A stretch of 64,000 nt of DNA from Cyanophora paradoxa CCMP329 (lineage: Eukaryota; Plantae; Glaucophyta), in contig QPMI01000250.1 of NCBI GenBank assembly GCA_004431415.1, positions 1 to 64,000 on the forward strand. Direction: 5' to 3'. Below the pieces are notes generated by a model. It searched no databases, had not been told where the DNA came from, and saw only the letters and a list, made by a program, of their open reading frames with translations. The translations under genes and the position numbers were made by a program. Numbering within the stretch: position 1 is the stretch's first letter; every line of letters begins with the position of its first letter. Below are positions 41,943 through 54,200 of the stretch, piece after piece.

Positions 41943-42064
41943 ATTGATGTGGTGTGGTGTGGTGTGGTGTGATGTGATGTTGGGGTTACTGTGCATGTGA
42001 TATGACGTGATGTGACGTGATGTGATGTGATGTGATAGGATGTGATGTGATGTGTTGTGTTGTG
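41943..42064. repeat. (GTGTG/GTGAT)n pentanucleotide microsatellite
   Basis: Degenerate tgtgg/tgtga units. Confidence 0.85.
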
Positions 42065-42446
42065 AAAATCCTTTTTCATACTTTTACATGCGAACAGTGT
42101 GTGCTAACACGCCCAGAGAGTGGTTCCAGGGGGCTGAGCCGGCCTATCCACAGTTCAGCAGCGCGGCACCACCTCCTTGGTTGGCGGAACAGGAACAGGC
42201 CTAGGGGACCAGCTGCCAGCCTTTCAACTTCGTGTTGAGGGCGCCGGCACGCAGGAAGGCTGCGTTCAGGCGCAGAGGTGCTCTGCCTCGACCTGCCTTC
42301 GATATCAGAGCCTCTTCTATTGCTGCAGGCGGGGCGAGTGGCGTGAATTTTGGTGCAAATGGCCCCAACTGCCTGGAAAAGGGCAAAAAGGTCGGGAAAA
42401 GGTGCCAAAAGGAAATGCTCAGTGGTTAGTGCCCAGAACATGAAAA

Positions 42447-42528
42447 TGAGCAGGACGGGATTTGAACCCGCGCCTCCGGGGAGATTGGTGCCTAAAACCA
42501 ACGCCTTAGACCACTCGGCCACCTGCTC
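42447..42528 (-). tRNA. trnL: tRNA-Leu(UAG)
   Basis: GAGCAGG/CCTGCTC-A acceptor stem, A box TGGCCGAGTGG, anticodon loop TTTAGGC, long variable arm, B box GGTTCAAATCC, TTTT terminator. Confidence 0.95.
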
Positions 42529-42620
42529 GAGGCAGGATGCCTTTGTGGGGCTTGTCACAGTACCACCCTCCTATAACTCCACTGCTCCTTACACATCTTC
42601 AGGCTTCCTTTCCGTCTCTT

Positions 42621-42667
42621 ATTGGTGCATTCTCTTCTAACTCCTTAGACCACTCGGCCATCTGCTC
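42621..42667 (-). pseudogene. Degenerate 5' half of tRNA-Leu
   Basis: GAGCAGATGGCCGAGTGGTCTAAGG..GCACCAAT with scrambled anticodon and no T arm. The copy in the right arm (~59240-59256) has an internal deletion. Confidence 0.7.
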
Positions 42668-42868
42668 AAGTGGGGCTGGACTGGGGGCACTACCCCACAC
42701 CACACCACACCACACCACACCACACCACACCACACCACACCACACAACATCAAGCACCTACCCTGCAGCTGGGTCCTCCTGGAAAATCTACGTTAGGCAA
42801 TTGCACTGTTCCCCACCGCCCCCGATCGCGAAGGGCCACCTCAAGCCCCCCTGCCTCCCCCTCCATCA

Positions 42869-42911
42869 CAACTGGCTTGGGCGTGTCTTATACATACTCT
42901 TCTTCTTCTTC
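42869..42911 (+). mobile_element. Family A LINE, ~40-bp 3' terminal fragment
   Basis: CAACTGGCTTGGGCGTGTCTTATACATACTC(TTC)n flanked by TCCATCA (42862-42868 / 42910-42916). Confidence 0.8.
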
Positions 42912-42985
42912 CATCAGTGCCGCAGTCCCTGCCCGCACCAAGGCCAACAATGGCCCCATGGCCAGCGGCCCTCCATGTCCATGCC

Positions 42986-43428
42986 TGGATCATGGTGATA
43001 ACATTCCTGGTGTCCCACCTCAGGTTTCTTTCAAACGCTTGCGGCCTTCACCTCCCCCAACTTTCCCATCCGCTGCCCCTATGGATCTCGCTGATGACCC
43101 AGGTTCCCCAATGGTGCTTATCTCTGACGAAGAGGCTGATGACATGACTGATGGCTGAAGGTTTCACACGTGAGGTCGTGACCAGGACTCCCCCAGGCCG
43201 GCATTAGGAAGAGGCCCGCATTGGGATGTCTGTGGTTGCTTTCCGTGTCTGCGTGTATGAGCGCCGGACCGCCGGGGCATACATGGCAGACCGTAAGGCG
43301 TTTGCGCCGCCACTACCCTTGTCTGGTTGGTTCACTGTCGATTGTGCTTCGGGCCTTCGGGTCCTTCGCCTCTTGTCAAAACCGCACAACCGGCTTGGGC
43401 GTGTCTTATACATACTCTTCTTCTTCTT
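42986..43428 (+). mobile_element. Family A LINE, 5'-truncated copy (~440 bp)
   Basis: Matches ORF2 C-terminus and 3' UTR of the long copies, ends in (TTC)n, TSD CCTCCATGTCCATGCC (42970-42985 / 43429-43444). Confidence 0.93.
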
Positions 43429-44276
43429 CCTCCATGTCCATGCCAAGGCCAGAAGGGGCGAATGCCCAGCCCGCCCCGAGGCACCTCCCTGCCCCACCCA
43501 AGCGTACCCCCCTGCCGCGGGCGCCCTTCTAGCGAGGATTCTCTGCCTTCGACGCACCTAAATGCACCTGGTTCGTGTTCTATGCATCATTCTCTACTAC
43601 TGCCCTGCTTTGCGGCCACCACATTCGAATCTCCACCACCTATCGGTTGTTCTCTGCCTGCGGGCGCTTCCTTGTTGTCAATCTGCCTTCGGGCACAATA
43701 CGCTTGTTGTCCATCTGCCTTCGGGCACAATCTCTGATAGCGGCGACCGTGCCCATTGGTTTCCCGCCACTTCCGTCGACCGTCCCTTAGCGTCTCGCCC
43801 ATGCCATGTTATTGCTTTTGTCCTTCAGCTGCTCTTGTAGCTCATCCATCTCCTGCGCAGTGCGTACAATCCTCATGCCTCCCAGGCGTGCTCCCGCGCC
43901 CCAGGCGTCTGATGGCGCACCTTCTGCGGACGTCGGCACACCTTTATGCACCTGCTTCGTGCCATATGCATCCGCCTGCTTCTTCGTTATGCCCGGCGGG
44001 CGCCTTGTCACTTTCCTTGTCGCCGTTTGGTTGTCGTCTGCCTTCGGACGCTTCTCTCTGACGAATCTGTCTTCGGGCACAAGACTCTTCACGCTTGCTG
44101 AATTTCCGATCCCGGCAGCCGCACCCGCTGGTCTCCCGCCACTGGCGTTGGCCGTATTCTGCTCCTGCCTCGTACACGCAGCGCCAGCTATGCTCCGTTC
44201 ATGTGCAGTGCTTATCATGACATGTGCAGGGCGTCCGCTTCTGCTTGGTCTGCTCTTGTGGCTTTCTCGCCTTTGC

Positions 44277-47200
44277 GAAGAAGAAGAGTATGTATAAGAC
44301 ACGCCCGAGCCGGTTGTGCGGTTTTGACGAAAGGCGAAGGACCCGAAGGCCCGAAGCACAATCGACAGTGAACCAACCAGACAAGGGTAGTGGCGGCGCA
44401 AACGCCTTACGGTCTACCATGTATGCCCCGGCGGTCCGGCGCTCATACACGCAGACACGGAAAGCAACCACAGACATCCCAATGCGGGCCTCTTCCTAAT
44501 GCCGGCCTGGGGGAGTCCTGGTCACGACCTCACGTGTGAAACCTTCAGCCATCAGTCATGTCATCAGCCTCTTCGTCAGAGATAAGCACCATTGGGGAAC
44601 CTGGGTCATCAGCGAGATCCATAGGGGCAGCGGATGGGAGAGTTGGAGGAGGTGAAGGCCGCAAGCGTTTGAAAGAAACCTGAGGTGGGACACCAGGAAT
44701 GTTATCACCATGATCCAGAGCACCAGGGTCTGGAGAAGACATTCGACGACGCTTAGGCGGGACAATAGAAGGAGAAAGAGGATCAGTATCCATGGGCGTC
44801 ATAGGCGCAGAAGAAGGCAGAGGGGCAGAAGAGGGAGGAGCTAGGGAAGCAATGACAGCATGACTCGCGAAGTCGGGCTCAACATCAACAGCGTCGATTC
44901 GGATAGGAGAGATCGGCAGCAGATCAGGGGCAAGCTCAGTGTCATCCACATAGATGATAACTTGAGGAGAGGGCGGAGGTGAACCTGTATCATCTATAGC
45001 AGCATCAAGACCAAACGCTGAAGCACCAACACGACGGCGTTGAAGAGGCGGCTCATCCTCCGAGTCAATATCGGGCGGCGGGTGAGGTGGCAGCGGGTGA
45101 GGGGGTGAGTGAACCACAGGACCAGGGTCAGGGGCAGGGTCGGGTCCACCAGGGGGGTCGTCATCATCTGATGAGGTACTACTGGAGGAATCATCAGGAT
45201 CATCAGGGCCAAGGTCGGAAAGGTCAGAGGAGTCTGAGCCGTTGTCAGGAGGGGACATATAGCCTTCAAGATCCTCCTTTTCAAGACGCTGCAGCAGGAC
45301 AGGCCGCACACTGGCATAAGGAAACTGAGCCACAAGGGGGCTAGGGGCTAGATCGGGGCTAGGGGCAGGCTGAGCAATATGTTCACAGTGCTCATAAGAG
45401 GCTAGGGAATGGTCATAAGCACGCGCAGCGTCTAAAAGATTAGCGTAGAATGAAGAATGAGAGGGGTCAGCAGTAGAGATGAAACGGAAATACCCACGGA
45501 CATAGGTGACTTTAAATCGAGGTAAACGACGAGGAAGCATGTCCATAAAATCGTCCAGTTCGCGGAACAAGGCAGCCATCAGAGTAGCGGCCTTCAAGCC
45601 CGTCTTGGAGGAAGGTGTAAGGGGCAGCTGTGTGTTAGGGTCCATTGCAAACGTAGCCGCAGCTTCAGTGCGACCTGCTCGATAGGCCAGACAATACGAG
45701 CGGAAAATGACGTGCAATCCAAGAATCCGAACAACCTGCCACTCCCAGTTCTGCAAGAACATCCAGCTGTCAGCAAAACGGACCGAGCCAGTAAGCAACC
45801 AGGCAACAAAGCGAGCGGAAGGAATGGGCATCGGCTGGAGCTGCAGGGCATGGAAGATGAGCGACCAGAACTGCTGCACAACAGGGCAGAGGACGAAAAC
45901 GTGCAGTGCATTGCAGCGCCGGTGGCAGACCGGGCATAGCGAGGAGAGGAGCTCACTGTCAAGCAAATTTGCCGAAGCAGGACGCTGAATATCAGAGCGC
46001 GCAGCCATATCAGCGATGCGGGACGATGTGCGAAGAGCGTTGTAGCGCAGTGCAAAGTAGCCGTCAAGGACGCGCTGCGTGAGAGCGTAGCGGAGGTCGG
46101 GAATCACTGTGTTGAACCAGGGAAAGCGATCAGTGCGCGCATCGTAGCCCGGCGGCCAGAGGAACTTTGGGGAGAGATCAGCACGCCACTTAGTCTCAGC
46201 GGTCGTCGGCGCCATGAAAGCGTGGGACGAGAGATACTTGTACACGTCGTGAACCGTGAAACGCGACGGGGCAGCAGGCAGCTTGTACGCAACCGACTTA
46301 GAGAGGCGCAGCTCTTCCTTTGAGCGATCATTGATGTTCTCGCGGTCAGAGTGGAACGCAAACGTACGGGAAGACGACGGTGGCAGCGGACGGAGTGCAA
46401 GGTCGGAAAGCTGTAACGAGTTCATGAGGAACCGGACGAGTGCAGGCATGGGGGACAACTTGCAAGCATTCTTAACAAGGCTAAGCGCATGTGCAGGCAC
46501 GGGAATGAAGTCGATCGCACGGGCCGCGGGCCGGATCGCAAGTACATCGGGGAGGGCAACGGGACTGTCAAGCGAAGCACTGCAAGGCACGTCAATCTCA
46601 TGGAAAGCGAGCTGTGTGTCAGGAAGAAGGCGAACGCGACAGAGAGCTACTCCCTGAAGTGAGACGCGTTCAGCAGCAAGTTTCGAGAAAGGGCCAATAG
46701 CGAGACCTCCAGGTTCGTGTTTCCAGTCTACAGTGCGACCACAGCGCCAAACCTCTTGCGCAAGTCGATTATTGAGCGCATGCAGCTGGTCGCGCAGTTG
46801 CTCGGGATAGGAGGGCTCAACATAGAGAGTATGTTCCCAGAGAAGTCCCAGATTTGATAGTTAAAACGGAAGCCGAGACGGAAGAGCAACGTGAAAGTGA
46901 AATCACGCTCATAGTACGTGTCTTTCTTATACCAGGGGTGCATGATCGGCATACGCAGGAAATCCCAGGCGCAGCGGGGCCTCCTGACATCGAAGATAGT
47001 CCGCCAGGCTTCGAAGATGGCAAAGAACGGGTCAGCAGGCGGAGGCCACAATGGCTTCACCAAGCGATCAGTTCTGTTGAGAAAAGGAAGCCAGAGCCCA
47101 AAGCCACCGTTTTCCGTGAACGCCTCAATAATTTCTCGACCAGGAAGAGATGCCGGGGAAGCAAGCCACGATTCCAAAGAGTTTGCGGCAAAGGCCAGCT

Positions 47201-50200
47201 GGAAGTGTTCGGGGGAGGGCGCTCCGAGACCGCCGAGAGATACAGGTCGACACGAAGCAGTGGTCATGCCCTGATGAGGTAAGATGAACGCATCGGAATT
47301 TGAAGAACGTTTCCAGACAAAGGTCTGTAAATTCTTTGAAATAGCCCGGAGGATCTTAGGAGGTGCTGGAACCGCACGGATATAAAAGCTTAAGACCCCC
47401 TGACAAAAAGCATAGGCGATGCGACCCCGTCCAAGAAGGGACGACTGGAAATCGACAGCTGTCTCCATAAAGAAGGTCGCTTTATGCTGAATCATGTTCC
47501 AAGACGGATGGTGCTCGCGATCAAGAAGGAGCTGATGAGGGAAACCGAGCTGCTTATGACAAGCAGGATCAAGCTCAGCGACGCGGAGAACAGGGAATGG
47601 CAAGGGATCGGACGGATCGAAATCCAATGGTGAGGCAGCCGGTTCCCTTAGAACAATAGCAAGAGATTTCTCGATAGAGAGATGTTGACCAGAGAGTGGT
47701 TTGAAAGAGGCAAAACGTGCGTGGATAGCTAAGAGAGAGTCACGTAGAGAGAGCCCCTGGGCGCGGAGCAGGAATAGCTGATAAATATCGTCAGCAAACT
47801 GGACAAGGGGGGTGCCAACAGGGCGGGGTATATCAGTGAGTGAGAGCAAGAGAGAACGTAGAGGGCTGATCGAGAGAATGAAGGAAACTGGGCTCCAGGG
47901 ACCACCTTGAATGGTGCCCACAAGACGTGAGAACACAGAAGAGAATAGCCCATTCGCAAATACACGTGCACGGAGGGGAGCTCGAGGGTTGTACAGACAG
48001 TGGTGCATTCTTCGGATAAGCCAGGGCCATTGTTGCACATGGAGAACGAGCGCCATAATAACCCAAAGCAACAGATCGTAGGCAGACTTAAGATCAGAGT
48101 CAAACCCGATAACACAGTCATAATTGGCGTAGCGGATGCGTGTATACGTTGCCAGCACTGCAAAGACATTTTTATGAACGTCCCGACCTTGTACGAAACC
48201 GAACTGATCTTCAGGAATGATGAGTTGTAAGATCGGATTGGCTACTGTGACCATAGTCCGTTCGAACAAGCGCAAGAGTGTGTTAGAAACTCCAATAGGT
48301 CGGTATTTCGAAGCATCAGTGGGCAAGCCTGACCGCTTCCAGATGAAAGTGTATGTCAAGTCGCGCATAAAGTCAGGGAGGAAGCCTTGAACAGTGATCT
48401 TTTGAAAGTAGGCAGCCAGGAAAAAAGACCAGGGCTTTGTGTGCATCTTAAAAATGCCAACGGGAATTCCATCAGGACCTGGTGCCCCATGGGCATACGC
48501 TTTACTGATAGAGAACGCTACGTCGTCAGGCGAGATATTAGTCTGAGTGCGCCAAACAGGCGGGACAATCCCCTGAACGTGGGGCAAGATATCGTCCACA
48601 AATTGTTGAATGAAAGCAGCAGCGGAGGGATTATCTGGAGACGCCGGAAGGGGGATATCAACAGTAGGGTCCTCGGGGGGTTCAGGAGGGGGGCAGAGAG
48701 CGTCAAGGATAGAGGTCTGAGTCAACAGGAAAGCAGGGGTAGGAGCGCCCAGTTCTACAAGCTTTCTAGCCAAATAGTTCGCAACCGCGCCAGGCTCAAC
48801 AGTGATAGCAGTGGGACCATCCGAGCTGAAGTGCAGCGGCGGGGGGACAATGGAGGAGGGCTTGGCGAGCCGCGCCCAGTCGCGCTTAGAGCCGCTTTCG
48901 AATGTAAGTCGGTGCTGAAGCCTGGCAAGCTGACGATTGCTGAGAGAGACCTTCTTCTGAAGTTCGCGCAGGGATTCAAGCCGCTGGGTGCGCTCGCGGT
49001 ACAGCGCGACAGCATCGGAGCCGGGCGGCAAGCGGTAGATCTTCATTTCAACGTCGCCCAGCGCTTTGTACGCCGCGCGCTCATGCGTGTAAAGCTTGCT
49101 AATCACGTGCGCTCTGTGCTTACGCGCCATCTTGCAGAGTCGCTTACAGAATGCGCGCCAAGTATCGTCGAAGACAGCAGCATCCGTAACTACCTCGCCT
49201 TCACCACGCGCTTGAATGATAGTGTCCAGGAATTGGGTCAAGTGCGTTTCCGTGCGCTTGCGCAGAGCAGGGTCGAGGCAGACTGGATCGCCGCGCTGAG
49301 AATACTGTCCGGGCAGGTTGCTGACGAAATCATACGGGAACGCTTGCACGCGGGACCGGGGCAAATGACGGTGCACACGAGGGCCTGAAAAGGAGAGAAC
49401 AAGAATGCGGTGGTCCAGCTGAAGATGGAGTGCATCGGATGGCGCTAGGAGCGAGTAAGTGGCAAGGCGACGCTGGAACCACTTGGTTGCAAGAGCAAAG
49501 TCGAGGCGCGAGTTTACAGCTTTAAGGCTAACAATTCGTGAATAAGTTGGGGCAAAAGCTGAAGCAGTTCCGCCGGCAGGAGGCGGTGGAGCATGGTTCG
49601 CAAGATCATCAAGCTGGTGGGAAGTCATCGTTGTGTGAAGGTACGAGCGCTGCAGGGAATTAGGCTTCGGGGTGCGGTGATTCCAGTCTCCGATCAGAAG
49701 CATAGGCACAGTAGCGGAGAGATACCCAGCCTGCACACAAGATTGCCACCATTCACGGCGGTCCCTGTTATCACTAGCAGGGGCATAGACGCAAGCCAAG
49801 AGTACGGTCGTAGCAGGGAAGGAACCCGACGCCTTGTACGCAACAGAGACCGAAATAAAACGTCCATCAGAGTCCTGACGAGCAAGTGTAACCTCGTGCT
49901 GTGCAGCAAAGAAGGGCGTGACCATTATGGCAACACCAGTGGAGCGGGATTGAGTAGGAGCAGAGTGGAAGAACGGGCCTCGCCAGGCAGCTGCAATCTT
50001 CTCAAGTTTTCCCAAAGGGTGACCAGCGTCATCAAATTCCCGTAACTTAGTTTCCTGTAAGCAGAGGATGTCTATCTTGTGAGCAACGGCAAACTTCCTG
50101 CAACGTTCCACAAAGTTCTGCAGCTTGCTGGGACTATTGAGCCCGCCCACATTTAATGATGCAATGTTAACCAAACTTAATCAGGCCATGGCGGTGCACG

Positions 50201-50252
50201 AAGGCGGTGAATGTGGGGCAGCGGGGCAATCCCAGCAATGAAGGGAAATGCA
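44277..50252 (-). mobile_element. Family A non-LTR retrotransposon copy 1 (L1/Tx1-like), 5'-truncated in the leader
   Basis: (TTC)n tail at 44277; near-identical to copy 2 until 50252; no exact TSD found. Confidence 0.95.
44545..50174 (-). CDS. ORF2: APE endonuclease - reverse transcriptase - CCHC finger - acidic Pro-rich tail (~1,870 codons if the 1-nt indel near 46837 is corrected)
   Basis: APE: SLNVGGLN, LCLQET, LIGDWN, SRLDF, LDHR. RT: APGPDGIP, YRPIGV, DLKSAYD, GTIQGGPWSP, QFADD. CPVCHRRCNALHVFVLCP. Copy 2 has the extra C that restores the frame. Confidence 0.92.
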
Positions 50253-50659
50253 CCCTGCCTTCGCATCTGCAGCTTTGCTACTCTTTGTCCGACCCATCCT
50301 CTCTTCCTCTTTGCTTCACTTGTCCGACCCATCCTCTCTTCCTATTTGCCTTTCTTTTTGGATCTTGATTCGTCTCTAAATCTCAATTCATTTTCGTGTG
50401 TGTTTCCTTTCGTGTCTGCTGCCATGCTTTTGTTTTAGCTTGCACTGAACACGCCCGTTCACCCCATTTCCTTCAATTGCCTGGCCCATCAGTCTGTTGC
50501 TGGTTCTTCCTCTCGTGGCCATCACTCTGCTTCTCCACTGTGTAAGCTAGGCCGTTTTCGATGAGAGCTATACCATGATTGCATGGATGATGATGGTGCT
50601 GTCTTGTGATTCAATTGCGCTTGAACCTGCCTCTGTTTCAATTTTGTGGGTAGCCATCC

Positions 50660-51007
50660 TCAATACCCCGGGCGGCTCGATAGGGAGCGGGTCGTTCCGG
50701 GATTCGGGGTTTTCCATGGCGGGGACCCTGTGGGTCTCTGCATGGTTGCTCTCCCTTTGCTCTTTTGGCGCAGGGGCTTCGGCCCCTGCCCCTAGCGGTG
50801 CGTACGCACAACACTACCTGTGCCAGGAAGGTCCCTGGCGTGCCTTGCACGTCCCTTTCGGGGCCTCTGCGGCGCTGCTATACCTTGTCACCCTGGTCCA
50901 CGGGCGTGTCTTTTGCTTCATCTCTCTCTCTTCCCTGCCCCACCCCCCTGCAATGCCTTATATTCACCCCAGTCCACGGGCGTGTCTTTTGCTTCATCTC
51001 TCTCTTT
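50660..51007 (+). mobile_element. Family B (TC)n-tailed retroelement 3' region plus a duplicated 3' tip
   Basis: Ends GGGCGTGTCTTTTGCTTCA(TC)n twice (~50902-50930 and ~50972-51007); patchy similarity to 58367-58620 and to the family A 3' UTR. Confidence 0.6.
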
Positions 51008-51230
51008 GTATTTAGACCATTCGGCCATGCATGTGCTCATCAAGCACTGCAGCTGTGAGCATGTCGCTCAACCTGCCCCTAGGCCTAGGCCTGGCCCTGA
51101 TCTAGCTCCTAGTCCCCTTGTTGCCCAGTTGCCCCCTCTCCCTTCCCCCACGCCCCCACCGCCCCAAGCCGCGGCATGCATATGGGCCCGCCTGCAGGTC
51201 TCTCCAACCCGGCTGCCGGGGCCGGGCCAG

Positions 51231-54200
51231 CTCAAACCAGCGCCGCCCCTGCCCCCGCTCCCGCCCCCGCCCGCGCTGCCAAGATCAAGAACCCCAACTG
51301 TGACTGTGGAATTCCAATGCGGGTGAAGCCTGTCAGGTTCGCCCCCCAGCCCCCCCCCCCCCCCCCCCCCCCCCCACCCCCACGAGAGAGAGAGAAATGC
51401 AGTAGACACATCCACGCCAGCCCCCACCCCCAGCCTTAGAAGAAGAAGAGTATGTATAAGACACGCCCAAGCCGGTTGTGCAGTTTTGACGAAAGGCGAA
51501 GGACCCGAAGGCCCGAAGCACAATCGACAGTGAACCAACCAGACAAGGGTAGTGGCGGCGCAAACGCCTTACGGTCTACCATGTATGCCCCGGCGGTCCG
51601 GCGCTCATACACGCAGACACGGAAAGCAACCACAGACATCCCAATGCGGGCCTCTTCCTAATGCCGGCCTGGGGGAGTCCTGGTCACGACCTCACGTGTG
51701 AAACCTTCAGCCATCAGTCATGTCATCAGCCTCTTCGTCAGAGATAAGCACCATTGGGGAACCTGGGTCATCAGCGAGATCCATAGGGGCAGCGGATGGG
51801 AGAGTTGGAGGAGGTGAAGGCCGCAAGCGTTTGAAAGAAACCTGAGGTGGGACACCAGGAATGTTATCACCATGATCCAGAGCACCAGGGTCTGGAGAAG
51901 ACATTCGACGACGCTTAGGCGGGACAATAGAAGGAGAAAGAGGATCAGTATCCATGGGCGTCATAGGCGCAGAAGAAGGCAGAGGGGCAGAAGAGGGAGG
52001 AGCTAGGGAAGCAATGACAGCATGACTCGCGAAGTCGGGCTCAACATCAACAGCGTCGATTCGGATAGGAGAGATCGGCAGCAGATCAGGGGCAAGCTCA
52101 GTGTCATCCACATAGATGATAACTTGAGGAGAGGGCGGAGGTGAACCTGTATCATCTATAGCAGCATCAAGACCAAACGCTGAAGCACCAACACGACGGC
52201 GTTGAAGAGGCGGCTCATCCTCCGAGTCAATATCGGGCGGCGGGTGAGGTGGCAGCGGGTGAGGGGGTGAGTGAACCACAGGACCAGGGTCAGGGGCAGG
52301 GTCGGGTCCACCAGGGGGTCGTCATCATCTGATGAGGTACTACTGGAGGAATCATCAGGATCACCAGGGCCAAGGTCGGAAAGGTCAGAGGAGTCTGAGC
52401 CGTTGTCAGGAGGGACATATAGCCTTCAAGATCCTCCTTTTCAAGACGCTGCAGCAGGACAGGCCGCACACTGGCATAAGGAAACTGAGCCACAAGGGGG
52501 CTAGGGGCTAGATCGGGGCTAGGGGCAGGCTGAGCAATATGTTCACAGTGCTCATAAGAGGCTAGGGAATGGTCATAAGCACGCGCAGCGTCTAAAAGAT
52601 TAGCGTAGAATGAAGAATGAGAGGGGTCAGCAGTAGAGATGAAACGGAAATACCCACGGACATAGGTGACTTTAAATCGAGGTAAACGACGAGGAAGCAT
52701 GTCCATAAAATCGTCCAGTTCGCGGAACAAGGCAGCCATCAGAGTAGCGGCCTTCAAGCCCGTCTTGGAGGAAGGTGTAAGGGGCAGCTGTGTGTTAGGG
52801 TCCATTGCAAACGTAGCCGCAGCTTCAGTGCGACCTGCTCGATAGGCCAGACAATACGAGCGGAAAATGACGTGCAATCCAAGAATCCGAACAACCTGCC
52901 ACTCCCAGTTCTGCAAGAACATCCAGCTGTCAGCAAAACGGACCGAGCCAGTAAGCAACCAGGCAACAAAGCGAGCGGAAGGAATGGGCATCGGCTGGAG
53001 CTGCAGGGCATGGAAGATGAGCGACCAGAACTGCTGCACAACAGGGCAGAGGACGAAAACGTGCAGTGCATTGCAGCGCCGGTGGCAGACCGGGCATAGC
53101 GAGGAGAGGAGCTCACTGTCAAGCAAATTTGCCGAAGCAGGACGCTGAATATCAGAGCGCGCAGCCATATCAGCGATGCGGGACGATGTGCGAAGAGCGT
53201 TGTAGCGCAGTGCAAAGTAGCCGTCAAGGACGCGCTGCGTGAGAGCGTAGCGGAGGTCGGGAATCACCGTGTTAAACCAGGGAAAGCGATCAGTGCGCGC
53301 ATCGTAGCCCGGCGGCCAGAGGAACTTTGGGGAGAGATCAGCACGCCACTTAGTCTCAGCGGTCGTCGGCGCCATGAAAGCGTGGGAGGAAAGGTACTTG
53401 TACACGTCGTGAACCGTGAAACGCGACGGGGCAGCAGGCAGCTTGTACGCAACCGACTTAGAGAGGCGCAGCTCTTCCTTTGAGCGATCATTGATGTTCT
53501 CGCGGTCAGAGTAGAACGCAAACGTACGGGAAGACGACGGTGGCAGCGGACGGAGTGCAAGGTCGGAAAGCTGTAACGAGTTCATGAGGAACCGGACGAG
53601 TGCAGGCATGGGGGACAACTTGCAAGCATTCTTAACAAGGCTAAGCGCATGTGCAGGCACGGGAATGAAGTCGATCGCACGGGCCGCGGGCCGGATCGCA
53701 AGTACATCGGGAGGGCAACGGGACTGTCAAGCGAAGCACTGCAAGGCACGTCAATCTCATGGAAAGCGAGCTGTGTGTCAGGAAGAAGGCGAACGCGACA
53801 GAGAGCTACTCCCTGAAGTGAGACGCGTTCAGCAGCAAGTTTCGAGAAAGGGCCAATAGCGAGACCTCCAGGTTCGTGTTTCCAGTCTGCAGTGCGACCA
53901 CAGCGCCAAACCTCTTGCGCAAGTCGATTATTGAGCGCATGCAGCTGGTCGCGCAGTTGCTCGGGATAGGAGGGCTCGACATAGAGAGTATGTTCCCCAG
54001 AGAAGTCCCAGATTTGGTAGTTAAAACGGAAGCCGAGACGGAAGAGCAACGTGAAAGTGAAATCACGCTCATAGTACGTGTCTTTCTTATACCAGGGGTG
54101 CATGATTGGCATACGCAGGAAATCCCAGGCGCAGCGGGGCCTCCTGACATCGAAGATAGTCCGCCAGGCTTCGAAGATGGCAAAGAACGGGTCAGCAGGC

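Larger units (their letters stand above)
42354..42755 (-). repeat. Left arm of a ~0.4-kb inverted duplication (partner 59161-59523)
   Basis: Reverse-complement near-identity from TGCAAATGGCCCC through the tRNA to (CACAC)nAACATCAAGC. Confidence 0.92.

Noticed and set aside
41438-41947. Overlapping ORFs with repeated ECKVNLE
   Set aside because: Reflects a ~21-bp direct repeat and palindromic insertions; no coherent gene model
48387-49388. 333-aa antisense ORF in the LINE (also 55745-56554)
   Set aside because: Shadow ORF of the coding strand with no recognisable motifs
44265-50264. TSD for LINE copy 1
   Set aside because: Flanks TCTCGCCTTTGC and CCCTGCCTTCGC match only 8/12, too poor for such a young copy
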